The notes beneath the pieces were generated by a model. The model saw only the letters and a list, made by a program, of their open reading frames with translations. It searched no databases and was not told the origin of the DNA. Both the position numbers and the translations under genes were made by a program. 64,000 bases of DNA from an uncultured bacterium (GTDB lineage: Bacteria; Krumholzibacteriota; Krumholzibacteriia; LZORAL124-64-63). How positions within the stretch are numbered: position 1 is the first letter of the stretch; each line of letters begins with the position of its first letter. Location of the stretch: the NCBI GenBank assembly GCA_963727525.1, contig CAVSGO010000007.1:160001-224000 (forward strand), given 5' to 3'. Positions 19,660 through 28,462 of this stretch are shown here, in pieces.

Positions 19660-20565
19660 ATGGATCAGCCGCGCCGCCTCGTGCTGCTCTTCGTCGACGG
19701 CCTGGGCTGGGGCCCCGTCGCGGCAGCCGCCAATCCCACCCAGACCTACGGCGGAGATCGCCTGCGACTGCCGGATCCGCCGGCCGATGGCCGGCCGCTC
19801 CCGCGACCCGACGGCGGCTGGGCGCGGCCCATCGATGCCTGCCTGGGTATGCCCGGACTGCCCCAGAGCGCCACGGGGCAGACGACCCTGCTGACGGGCG
19901 TCAATGCCGCCGCGAGCCTCGGGCATCACAAGGAGGGGTTTCCCGGCCCTCACCTGCGCGGTATCCTGCTCGAACATTCCATCATGAAACGACTCGTGGA
20001 ACGAGGTCGGCGTCCCGTGTTTTTCAACACGTTCCGTTCGCCGTTCTTCTCCTGGCCGCGTGAACGGCAGCTTCGCATGTCCGCCACCACGGTGGCGACC
20101 CTCGCTGCCGACCTGCCGTTCTTCGACGTCCCTGACATCGCGGCCGGCCTCTCGATCTACCAGGAGTTCACCAACGCCGAGCTGCGCGCGTTGGGATATG
20201 ACGCGCCGTTGCTGACGCCGGAGGAAGCCGGCGCGATCCTCGCCTCCCAGGTGCCGCACTACGATTTCCTGCTGTACGAGTACTTCCAGACCGACAAGGC
20301 GGGCCATGCCACGGAGCGGGCCCGGGCAGAGCGTGAGCTGAGGCGGCTCGATGCCTTCATCGGGGCCGTGCTGGCCGGGATCGCCGATGACGCGCTCGTC
20401 CTGCTCTGTTCGGACCATGGGAACATCGAGGATCTCGCTGTACGCACACATACGTGCCATCCGGTACCGTTGCTGGCCTGGGGACCGGGAGCGCACGCAT
20501 TCGTGGACGACGTCACATCTCTCGTGGATGTGGTCCCGGCCATCATGGCGCGGTTCGGCGGGTAG
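19660..20565 (+). CDS. Alkaline phosphatase superfamily metalloenzyme (iPGM/phosphopentomutase-like)
   Basis: Motifs LLFVDGLG, PQSATGQT, TDKAGH, SDHGNIED and HT..PVP. Confidence 0.85.
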   Translation: MDQPRRLVLLFVDGLGWGPVAAAANPTQTYGGDRLRLPDPPADGRPLPRPDGGWARPIDACLGMPGLPQSATGQTTLLTGVNAAASLGHHKEGFPGPHLRGILLEHSIMKRLVERGRRPVFFNTFRSPFFSWPRERQLRMSATTVATLAADLPFFDVPDIAAGLSIYQEFTNAELRALGYDAPLLTPEEAGAILASQVPHYDFLLYEYFQTDKAGHATERARAERELRRLDAFIGAVLAGIADDALVLLCSDHGNIEDLAVRTHTCHPVPLLAWGPGAHAFVDDVTSLVDVVPAIMARFGG

Positions 20566-20640
20566 ACGCACCGAACGCGGATCGCGCCGGCGCCCGGCAA
20601 CGTCTTTACTCGAGCGATCGCATCTCCAGCGTCCTGTCGA

Positions 20641-20840
20641 TGACCCTGGTCGGAGCTGTGGGCACGAACGCGACGCAGTCGATGCAGCCAGGTCTGCGAA
20701 GTCTCCCTGACCCGCGCACGACGATGCCCGCGCCGGATCCCGCGTGGTTGCCGGCGCAGGGCGCCCTCGAGAAGTCGCGAGTCGTCATGCCCAGCCGGTG
20801 CCGTCGTGTTCGTGGGCCCGCTGACCGATCTGGGGGGTGA
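20641..20840 (+). ncRNA. Candidate structured RNA upstream of the HNH gene
   Basis: Nested complementary segments 20648-53/20821-26, 20663-75/20802-14, 20716-25/20781-90 and 20726-36/20751-62. Most non-Watson-Crick positions are G-U on the + strand. Confidence 0.3.
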
Positions 20841-21066
20841 GGGCACGGGATCTGCAACGCCGGCGGCGCCTGCGTCGGTTCGCAGCATGTGATCTTTGTT
20901 GTCTAGAAGAAAAATATCTTACCGCCGGCTGTAAGTTGTTGGTCTCACGGTCAAAAAATATGGAAACACCGAAGAAATTTGAGATCGAAACCGTCGTTGC
21001 GGGACATCACCTGCTCCGGGCATCCGGTTCCCCCACGGGGAACCTGTCGATGTGCGGCGACGTACG

Positions 21067-22263
21067 ATGAACTGTATGCCAACAGGTGTGGGCATCTTGA
21101 CGCCGGCCGAACGGGTGTTGCACGACGGATTCGTGGGTGCTTCTCGCAACCTCCGTGCAGAGGTGGTCAGGACGGCGGCATACCTGGTCGCGATCCACGA
21201 TCGGAAGATCCACAAGGCGCTCGGGTTTCCGCGCATCGCGGACTATGCGCTCGCACACGCCGGGATCTCGCCGCGCACGACGGTGGAGTTCCTCAGACTC
21301 GGGCGCCAGTTGCACGCGCTGCCCCTATTGCGGGAGGCGCTTGCAAAGGGGGACCTGAGCTGGGCACGAGCTCGCGAGATCAGCGCGCACGCCACGCCTG
21401 CGAATGAAGCGGAGCTCGTCGACCTGGCGCGCAGGCTCTCACGTGACCAGCTGCGAGAGCATCTTCGCCAGGGAGAAGAATCCACGACTGACGCGCCTGG
21501 AACCACGGAGGCAAGTGCCGTGGACGGCCTGCCGCCCGACGATCCGCGGATGGTACCCACCATCGTGCAAGCTGGGGAACGGACGCCGCAAGAAAGCACT
21601 TCGAGTGCGAACCGCCGCCGCGCGGGTTCGACCTCGCGAGCCGCGCCCCGGCCCGGCGTCACGCTGCGCCACGAGCCTACCCACGGACTCCGCTACGTCC
21701 AGTTCCGTCTCACCTCCGAACAACTCGCACGCTGGGAAGCCTTGCTCGAACACGCGCTGGCGAAGGGCGTCGGAGGTGGTCCCTTCGAGGTGATCCTGGC
21801 GGCGCTCGAGACTCGAGCCGGAAACTTCGGTGGGCCGCCGCCTTACCTGATCGTCTTGCTCACATGCCCGAGTTGCCATGAAGCCCGGCTGATCACCGGG
21901 CGCGGCGAGGTCGACGTCCCGCAGGCACTCCTGGCTGCGGCAACCTGCGACGCGACCGTCGCGGACACGCGGGGCGAACGCCGTCGCACGATCCCGCCGC
22001 GCCTGCGCCGGCTCGCCCTGCAACGCGCTCGGTACCATTGTGAAGCGGCGGGATGCCGGCACACGCGTTTCCTCGAGATCCACCACCGACAGCCGGTGGC
22101 GGCGGGCGGTGGCGACGACCTCGCGAATCTCGTCGTGCTGTGTTCGGCGTGTCACCGGCGTCTGCACGAGCACGAGGCGCAGGTGCGCTTCCACCATGAT
22201 GGCGTCGAGGCGCTCGTGGGATCGTTCGCAAGACTGCCGGGAAAGCGGTCGTCCTCATCCTGA
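21067..22263 (+). CDS. DUF222/13E12-like protein with C-terminal HNH endonuclease
   Basis: N-terminal LPLLREALAKGDLSWARAREI, central CPSC..ATCDA, and C-terminal RTIPP.LRR....R..CEAAGC....LEIHH.QP...GG.DDLANLVVLCSACHRRLH. Start uncertain (21067 or 21076). Confidence 0.85.
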   Translation: MNCMPTGVGILTPAERVLHDGFVGASRNLRAEVVRTAAYLVAIHDRKIHKALGFPRIADYALAHAGISPRTTVEFLRLGRQLHALPLLREALAKGDLSWARAREISAHATPANEAELVDLARRLSRDQLREHLRQGEESTTDAPGTTEASAVDGLPPDDPRMVPTIVQAGERTPQESTSSANRRRAGSTSRAAPRPGVTLRHEPTHGLRYVQFRLTSEQLARWEALLEHALAKGVGGGPFEVILAALETRAGNFGGPPPYLIVLLTCPSCHEARLITGRGEVDVPQALLAAATCDATVADTRGERRRTIPPRLRRLALQRARYHCEAAGCRHTRFLEIHHRQPVAAGGGDDLANLVVLCSACHRRLHEHEAQVRFHHDGVEALVGSFARLPGKRSSSS

Positions 22264-22350
22264 GGCGCGTACCAGGTTGCCGATCTCGTGAAGGTGTTGC
22301 AGGGTGCATGCCGGAGACAGAGCGACGAGGATTGCCGATGCACCGAAAAG

Positions 22351-23244
22351 CTACGGACGCATGCCTTCGAGGTAGAACACCTCGAATACCTTCTCATGGA
22401 AGATGGGACCGTGGCCGAAGTAGCCCTCCTCGCCGAAGAGCTCGCCGTGGTCGCTCATGACCATGAAGTAGGTGTTGGCAGGGCATCGTTGCATGAATTC
22501 GCCGACGACGCCGTCAAGGTGCTCGGCGCAGACGATCTGCTTGTCGCGCAGGGCGCGGAATTGCTCGGGCGTGAAGAACTCTTCCTCGCGACGGTCCTTG
22601 ATGAACTCGCCCGGCCTGCGCAGGAACTCATCGAGCGACTTGAACACGCCGTGCACGCCGCTCAGGTGGGGGAGATCCTCGGCCGACTCACCAGGAAGCA
22701 GGTAAGGGTAGTGCGTCTCGCCGGTGTTGATGAAGAAGAAGCTGGGGCGGTCATCACGGAAATTGAGATTCTTCAGGATGACGCCAAGGTCGTTGTGGTG
22801 CGGTGCCAGCTCGTAGCGGTCGAAGTGAGCCGACAGCGACGTCATCGGGTTGAGCACCGGCAGCGAGACCCAGCCCTCGCACCAGTAGCCGTGATCCTTG
22901 AGGAACGAGGGGAGCGAGAGTTGCGGAACGAATTTGTTGAAGCTCACCTCGGGGATATTGAGGCGACGCGACCAGAGGCTGAATTCCTCGCGGTAGACAT
23001 TGCTGGCGAATACGCCCTTGGGGCTGGTGTGCGGCACCATGCCCATGAGGAACGTGAAGTGGCTCGGGCTCGTCCAGCTCGCGTAGCTGTAGCGCATCTC
23101 GGCGCGTGCAATGCGGTCGAGGTTCGGCGTGCGCGCGGCCTGGAAAGCGTCCCAGCGGCAGCTGTCGAACACGATGAAGACCACATTGTTGGGCTTGTCT
23201 TTGCCGCCCAGGGCACGCTTGATACCGTCGAGGATACCCGCCAT
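22351..23244 (-). CDS. Sulfatase-like (alkaline phosphatase superfamily) hydrolase/transferase
   Basis: Motifs NNVVFIVFDSCRWD, ASWTSPSH, ETHYPY and SDHGELFGE.G.FGHG. Confidence 0.85.
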   Translation of the reverse strand: MAGILDGIKRALGGKDKPNNVVFIVFDSCRWDAFQAARTPNLDRIARAEMRYSYASWTSPSHFTFLMGMVPHTSPKGVFASNVYREEFSLWSRRLNIPEVSFNKFVPQLSLPSFLKDHGYWCEGWVSLPVLNPMTSLSAHFDRYELAPHHNDLGVILKNLNFRDDRPSFFFINTGETHYPYLLPGESAEDLPHLSGVHGVFKSLDEFLRRPGEFIKDRREEEFFTPEQFRALRDKQIVCAEHLDGVVGEFMQRCPANTYFMVMSDHGELFGEEGYFGHGPIFHEKVFEVFYLEGMRP

Positions 23245-23318
23245 GACACGCTGTCCTTGCAGAGGGGTTGGTGGTGTCGCTCGCCACAAGGTCGCCCACA
23301 CTCCGGGTAAATGCAAGA

Positions 23319-23344
23319 CCGCCGGCTCCTCGCGGAGCCGGCGG
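23319..23344 (-). terminator. Intrinsic terminator downstream of trxA
   Basis: 11-bp stem CCGCCGGCTCC/GGAGCCGGCGG with a GCGA tetraloop on the minus strand, followed by TCTTGCATTT. Confidence 0.65.
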
Positions 23345-23369
23345 ACGTGCGGCGGACGCCACCCGAGCG

Positions 23370-23696
23370 CTAGGCGAGCGCGGCGTCCAGGGCGTTGCTC
23401 AGCTCGCTCTTGGGCTGCACTCCCACGAAGCTGTTCACCATCTGGCCACCCTTGAACAGCATCACGGTGGGGATGCCGCGGATTCCGAACTGGCCGGCAA
23501 GGGCCTGATTATCGTCAACGTTCACCTTGCCCACCTTCACCTTGCCCGCGTACTCGCCGGCGAGTTCCTCGATCACCGGGCCGATCATCTTGCAGGGCCC
23601 GCACCAGGGGGCCCAGAAATCCACGAGCACGGGAACATCACTGTTCTTGACCTCGGACTCGAAGTTGGTGCCGTCGAACTTCTTCACGTCGGCCAT
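23370..23696 (-). CDS. trxA: Thioredoxin
   Basis: Motifs PVLVDFWAPWCGPCK and GIPT; 108 aa; GGAAAGGA RBS. Confidence 0.96.
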   Translation of the reverse strand: MADVKKFDGTNFESEVKNSDVPVLVDFWAPWCGPCKMIGPVIEELAGEYAGKVKVGKVNVDDNQALAGQFGIRGIPTVMLFKGGQMVNSFVGVQPKSELSNALDAALA

Positions 23697-23768
23697 GGTC
23701 GACCGTCCTTTCCTCCGCCACTGGCGGCGTAACAACTGGGTTCTTCTCGAAGCATACGCGAGACTCAT

Positions 23769-23784
23769 TGCAGCCGCCGTGCCA
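23769..23784 (-). promoter_or_regulatory. sigma54 (-24/-12) promoter upstream of trxA
   Basis: The minus strand reads TGGCAC-GGCGG-CTGCA, against consensus TGGCAC-N5-TTGCW. Confidence 0.7.
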
Positions 23785-23877
23785 CTTCGAGGTACCGGCG
23801 GTGTCGGTTTTAAAATGTTTCATTCAAATAAGTTAATGAAGAACATCGTACGCCCGCCACGATGGATGGTCCGTGCG

Positions 23878-23920
23878 TTTGTTGCATGCAACAAAAATGT
23901 TGCAACAAAAACGTTGCATG
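23878..23920. promoter_or_regulatory. Tandem palindromic upstream activator sequences
   Basis: TTTGTTGCATGCAACAAA is a perfect 18-bp palindrome overlapping two TGCAAC-AAAAA(T/C)-GTTGCA units at 23887-23904 and 23901-23918. Confidence 0.65.
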
Positions 23921-23961
23921 AGACGGTATGCGCGGCGATCCTGGAAGGCGGAGGTACCCCC

Positions 23962-25329
23962 ATGCTGCAGTCTCCGGACACGGCGATGTCGCTCGCCCTG
24001 CTCGACCTTCGCGGCCTGCGTTCGATCGCTGGCGTCCTTCGCGAGGGCGTGATCGTCATCGATCTGGAACTCGTGGTGAGGGATCTCAATCCCGCGGCGG
24101 CCACCATACTCGGACGCCCGGCGGGCGAGATCCTCGGCCACCCTGTGTGCAGTTTGTTCGGCGAAGGCGATTGCCCACGCGACAGCCTGGCCGAGACCTT
24201 GAAGCGTGGACGACCCATCCTGGAATTCCAGACGACGGTGCGCCTGGCGTCGGGGCAACTCGCGCAGGTCTTGCTGCGCACGGTCCCGCTGGCCAGGGTG
24301 GGCGAACAGCCGGGTGGTGTGGCGATCCTCCTCGGCGACGTGACCGAGGTCACGCAGCTTCGCAAGGCGACCAGCGCGCGCGACCATCTCGGCCGGCTCA
24401 TCGGGCGCGACCGCACGATGCAGCAACTCTACGCCCTGATCGAGGATGTGGCCGCGAGCGACGCGAGCGTGCTGATCCGTGGCGCGAGCGGCACCGGCAA
24501 GGAACTCGTGGCGAGGGCATTGCATCAGGGGAGCCGGCGGGCCGACGGCCCATTCGTGCAGGTGAACTGCTCGGCCCTGGCCGAGACGCTGCTGGAGAGC
24601 GAACTCTTCGGCCACGTGAAGGGCGCGTTCACCGGGGCCGTGGCCGACCGGCGCGGACGGTTCGAGGAAGCTGACGGCGGCACGATCTTCCTGGACGAGA
24701 TCGGCGATGTGTCTCCGGCCGTCCAGGTGAAGCTGTTGCGGGTGCTGCAGGAGCGGGTGGTCGAGCGCGTGGGCGACAATCGGCCCGTGCCCGTGGACGT
24801 GCGCGTGATATCGGCGACGAACCGCGATCTCGAGGCGCTCCTCACGTCGGGCCGGGTGCGGGAGGATTTCTACTATCGCATCAAGGTGGTGCGGCTGGAC
24901 ATCCCACCCCTGCGCGACCGTCGCGAGGACATCCCGCTTCTGGTCGATGCTTTGCTCGCGCGCCACGGCGTCGCGCGGACGCCCGTCGCTCCCGACGCCA
25001 TGTCGCGGCTGATGCGCCACGCCTGGCCGGGAAACGTGCGCGAGCTGGAGAACGCGCTTGAACACGCCCTGGTCCTCAGCCGCGGCGGCGAGATCCGCGC
25101 CGAACATTTGCCACCCGAGGTGGGTACCACCGCCGCGGATCGCGACGCCCACCGGGGGCTGCACGGCATCGCGCGCGGCAGTGCCGCCGAACGTGCCGCC
25201 ATCGTCGCGGCGCTCGCGGCCGAGGGTTGGAACCGCGGTCGAGCTGCGCGGCGTCTGGGCATCGACCGCACGACGCTCTGGCGGAAGATCCGGGAGCACG
25301 GCATCGAGTCGGACGATCGCAACGACTAG
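23962..25329 (+). CDS. PAS-domain sigma54-dependent transcriptional activator
   Basis: PAS domain (LNPAAATILG..), then GASGTGKE, ESELFGHVKGAFTGA, FLDEIGD, WPGNVRELEN and a C-terminal Fis-type HTH. GGAGG RBS. Confidence 0.93.
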   Translation: MLQSPDTAMSLALLDLRGLRSIAGVLREGVIVIDLELVVRDLNPAAATILGRPAGEILGHPVCSLFGEGDCPRDSLAETLKRGRPILEFQTTVRLASGQLAQVLLRTVPLARVGEQPGGVAILLGDVTEVTQLRKATSARDHLGRLIGRDRTMQQLYALIEDVAASDASVLIRGASGTGKELVARALHQGSRRADGPFVQVNCSALAETLLESELFGHVKGAFTGAVADRRGRFEEADGGTIFLDEIGDVSPAVQVKLLRVLQERVVERVGDNRPVPVDVRVISATNRDLEALLTSGRVREDFYYRIKVVRLDIPPLRDRREDIPLLVDALLARHGVARTPVAPDAMSRLMRHAWPGNVRELENALEHALVLSRGGEIRAEHLPPEVGTTAADRDAHRGLHGIARGSAAERAAIVAALAAEGWNRGRAARRLGIDRTTLWRKIREHGIESDDRND

Positions 25330-25342
25330 CAAGGAGAGAACC

Positions 25343-26257
25343 ATGGGAACCGGCCGGAAGTGGATGCTGGGTTGCGGGATCGGGTGTGCAGTGGTCCTGG
25401 GATTCGGTGCCTTGCTCACCGGCGGCACCGTGATGCTCGTCAAGCACGCCGTTGAGAACTTCCACTCGGCGAAACGTACGCAGGAGACGCTCGTCAATCT
25501 CTACGGCCCCATCGAGAGCTACACGCCTGCCTGGGACGGCACCCTGGCGCCCGAACGCGTGGAGCGATTCCTGAAGATCCGCGAAGCGACCGGTGCCGAC
25601 CGTGGCGTCCTCGCGCACGGCATCACGGAGGAACTGCCGGACGTGAAGTCTCAACCAAGGTCGCCGCGCCGGACCTGGCGCGGACTGCGTCTGGGCATGG
25701 GGCTCGCGAACGGGCTGAGCGCGTACGTACAGCGGCGCAACGAGGCCATGCTGGATGCTGGGATGGGCCCCGGCGAATACGCGTATCTCTACTGTGTCGT
25801 CTATTTTGCCTGGCTTGGCGAGGATCCGGGTGCCGGACCGCCCAACGTGCATCTCGGCAATCGGGGGCGCTCCAGGATCTTCTCGTTTGATACGAACGAC
25901 GATCGCTGGCAGAACGACGAGGGACGGCGCTACGAGATCAGGACACGCGCCAACGCCTGGATGCGCGCGATCCTGTCCAACCAGCTCGCCGCCGTTCCCG
26001 ACACCGGGGGCGCCGAGGTTTCGCCCTGGCGAGCGCAGATCGCGGCCGAGGTCCAGAAGCTGGAGGACGACAAGGCACGCGTGCCCTGGCAGGATGGCCT
26101 GCCCGAGACCACACGGGCGAGTCTGGAGCCATTCCGTGACCGGCTCACCGCACAGTGGTCGCCCATGACAAACCTGCTCGAGCTGCTTTTTCTGGATTCC
26201 GCGAGCACCGACTCGTCGAAGCATGACCGGCACCGCCGCGATCGCGACAAGGTCTGA
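25343..26257 (+). CDS. Hypothetical membrane-anchored protein
   Basis: AAGGAG RBS and N-terminal KWMLGCGIGC followed by a hydrophobic anchor. No family recognised. Confidence 0.7.
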   Translation: MGTGRKWMLGCGIGCAVVLGFGALLTGGTVMLVKHAVENFHSAKRTQETLVNLYGPIESYTPAWDGTLAPERVERFLKIREATGADRGVLAHGITEELPDVKSQPRSPRRTWRGLRLGMGLANGLSAYVQRRNEAMLDAGMGPGEYAYLYCVVYFAWLGEDPGAGPPNVHLGNRGRSRIFSFDTNDDRWQNDEGRRYEIRTRANAWMRAILSNQLAAVPDTGGAEVSPWRAQIAAEVQKLEDDKARVPWQDGLPETTRASLEPFRDRLTAQWSPMTNLLELLFLDSASTDSSKHDRHRRDRDKV

Positions 26258-26263
26258 CGACGG

Positions 26264-28357
26264 TCAGGCGAACTGCTCGCGATCCGAGAGGTCGGCGACC
26301 AGCTGCTCCTGGATGGCGGGCAGACGCGCCGGTGCCAGGCCCAGCTCGGGGGCGTGGCGGGCCAGTATGTCGCCGATGAGCGAGGCCTCGGCCACCGTAC
26401 CGGCGCCGTCGCGTCGTCCCAGCGCGTTGGCGCAGGCCGTGATACACGCGAGGCGCAAGAAATCGCCGGCGGCATGCGGGTCGTGATGCCAGCGCGTGCT
26501 GGCGATCAGCTCCGGCGGCAAGTCCCATTTCTGGAGCAGCCGCGCGCCCACCTCGGTGTGGTCGAAGCCGAGAACCCGCATCTCCGCGGCCACGCTGCCG
26601 ATGCGCGCCGATTCCTGCAGGCGCAGCGCCTTCAGGGCGTCGTCGGGCACGTTGAGCAGGAAGATCACCTTGCCGATGTCGTGCAGGACCCCGGCCACGA
26701 AGGCCTCGTCGGGATCGGCATAGCCGGCGGCCGCCGCCACGTGCCGGGCGGCGATGCCGCTGGCCACGGAGTGGTCCCACAGCGCTCGCGCGTGCAAGCC
26801 GATGCGCGGGTTGTCCATGGGAAAGAGCGCGCGGGTGGAGACCGCGATCACCAGGCTGCGCGTCGAGCGCATACCCAGCCGCACGATGGCCTGGTTCACG
26901 CTGCCGGCCTTCTGCGCGCTGCCGTAGAGACTCGAGTTGCTCACCTTGATCAGGCGCGCCACCAGGGCCGGGTCCTGGGACAGCGTGGAGGTCAGATCCG
27001 CGATCGAGCACTCGGGGTCGGAAAGCAGATGCAGGATCCGCGCGACCACGGCGGGCATGGGTGGCAGGTCCTTGATCGCGCCCACCATGCGGTCCACGGC
27101 GTCGCCCTCCGCGACGACGGGCGCGACGGCGGGCGCGGTGGTCGGGACGGCCACCGGTTCCTCCGCCATCGGCGCCAGCACGTGCCAGGAGAGCAGCTCG
27201 AGGTACCGCAGCGGCCCGGGACCGTCGGGGGTGGGGCCGGCGGCGGCGTAGAGCAGGAGCCGGAGCCCGTCGATCTCGCCCAGAGGCACCACCGCGCAGT
27301 CGCCGGCGGGGGGGGCGACCCCGAGCGACTCGAGCAGGGGTGAGGCGAAGACACGACCGATGAATGGCAATTGCGACTCGCATGCCCGCAGGAGGATCGA
27401 ATCGAGATCGAGGGGCACCGCGAGATTCTTGCGGTCCTGGGTCGTGAGTCCGTGCCGCGCGTCGCGGCGGTAGCTCAGACAGCGCACCACGGTCCCCTCG
27501 CGCGTGCCGAGCAGGAGAGTGCAGCCGAAGTGATCGCGGCAATATCCTGCCAGCTCACGGATCTTTGCCTGGGTGTCGACCGCGCGCAGCAGGCTGCGCA
27601 GCGTGCGGCGGAAGGCAGCGAAATGGCTGTCGCTATCGGGCGTGGCCTGCGGCATCGGGGCGGCCGAGGCAACCCCCTGGATCCATCCTGCCGAGATCGC
27701 CTCACCGAGCGCCGCCATGATGTCGGCCGTCGGCAGCGGAGCGTGAGCGACGAGTTCGCGCACGGTTGCCTGCCCGTTCGCGTGGTCGAGAAGGTAGCGA
27801 ACCGCCACGTTCCCGGGCTGCGCGTCGCGGCCGGCGGGCGTGACAAGGATGGCGCGGTCGAGGGAGCCCAGCCGGCGGAGTGTCTCCCGGTACTCATCGA
27901 TCTGACGCGTCACGTCGAACGTGAGCGCCTGGGAGTCGAGCGACGGCAAGTAGGGGTTGGCCTCGACGGGGATCTCGGCGAGCTGGAACTCGCCGCGCTC
28001 CCACAGGAAGAGCTGGAACACGGCCTCGCGCGCCCCGGCCGCCAGCACCGGGCCGAGATCGTCTGCACGCGCGTCCGCCAGGCTCTCCAGCACCTGCCAG
28101 AGAGGCAGTTCTGTTTCCTGCACTGCCCGGGCGACATCGTCGAGCAAGGCGGGCGGCACGATGTCGCGCTGGCGGAGCATCGCCAGGACCCGCGCGTCGG
28201 CCGCCTCGCTCTGCACGTCGACGAGCAGGCCGCGCTGGAAGCTGAGGTTGAGGCTGCCCGCGTCGGTGCGCACGGTGAGGACGCCTTCCTTGTTCAGGTG
28301 AGCAAGGAAGACCAGGAGGTCGGCCGGCGCGAAGTTGGCGATATCACCCTGCAGCAT
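26264..28357 (-). CDS. DUF4388 (PatA-N-like) plus HDOD domain signalling protein
   Basis: N-terminal LQGDI..F...DLL.FL....KEGVL..LFLWERGEF; C-terminal LPPMP..DPALVARLIKVSNS..LWDHS..GVLHDIGK..GFDHTEVG..KWDLP. Confidence 0.85.
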   Translation of the reverse strand: MLQGDIANFAPADLLVFLAHLNKEGVLTVRTDAGSLNLSFQRGLLVDVQSEAADARVLAMLRQRDIVPPALLDDVARAVQETELPLWQVLESLADARADDLGPVLAAGAREAVFQLFLWERGEFQLAEIPVEANPYLPSLDSQALTFDVTRQIDEYRETLRRLGSLDRAILVTPAGRDAQPGNVAVRYLLDHANGQATVRELVAHAPLPTADIMAALGEAISAGWIQGVASAAPMPQATPDSDSHFAAFRRTLRSLLRAVDTQAKIRELAGYCRDHFGCTLLLGTREGTVVRCLSYRRDARHGLTTQDRKNLAVPLDLDSILLRACESQLPFIGRVFASPLLESLGVAPPAGDCAVVPLGEIDGLRLLLYAAAGPTPDGPGPLRYLELLSWHVLAPMAEEPVAVPTTAPAVAPVVAEGDAVDRMVGAIKDLPPMPAVVARILHLLSDPECSIADLTSTLSQDPALVARLIKVSNSSLYGSAQKAGSVNQAIVRLGMRSTRSLVIAVSTRALFPMDNPRIGLHARALWDHSVASGIAARHVAAAAGYADPDEAFVAGVLHDIGKVIFLLNVPDDALKALRLQESARIGSVAAEMRVLGFDHTEVGARLLQKWDLPPELIASTRWHHDPHAAGDFLRLACITACANALGRRDGAGTVAEASLIGDILARHAPELGLAPARLPAIQEQLVADLSDREQFA

Positions 28358-28462
28358 GGACCGGTCCTCGACGGCACGAGACGGAGACGCGCGCGCCGGG
28401 TGCGGCGCCCTCACTTGCGTTTTCGGCAAGGATCGGGGCGACCTTGAGCACAAGGGAGGGCA

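Larger units (their letters stand above)
20568..22347 (+). mobile_element. Candidate HNH/DUF222-like mobile cassette with 8-bp flanking direct repeats
   Basis: GCACCGAA at 20568-20575 and 22340-22347 (gaYgcaccgaa, 10/11) bracket nearly the whole gap between two convergent genes. The interval holds only a noncoding leader and an HNH ORF. Confidence 0.45.

Noticed and set aside
19391-22347. Genomic island integrated at tRNA-Gln or tRNA-Glu
   Set aside because: I noticed no duplicated tRNA 3' end downstream, and the window has no integrase. The HNH cassette is separated from the tRNAs by an ordinary gene.
23878-23920. CRISPR or mini-array reading of the TGCAAC repeats
   Set aside because: The units overlap, lack spacers and span only 43 bp. 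There are no cas genes, and the position fits a sigma54 enhancer.
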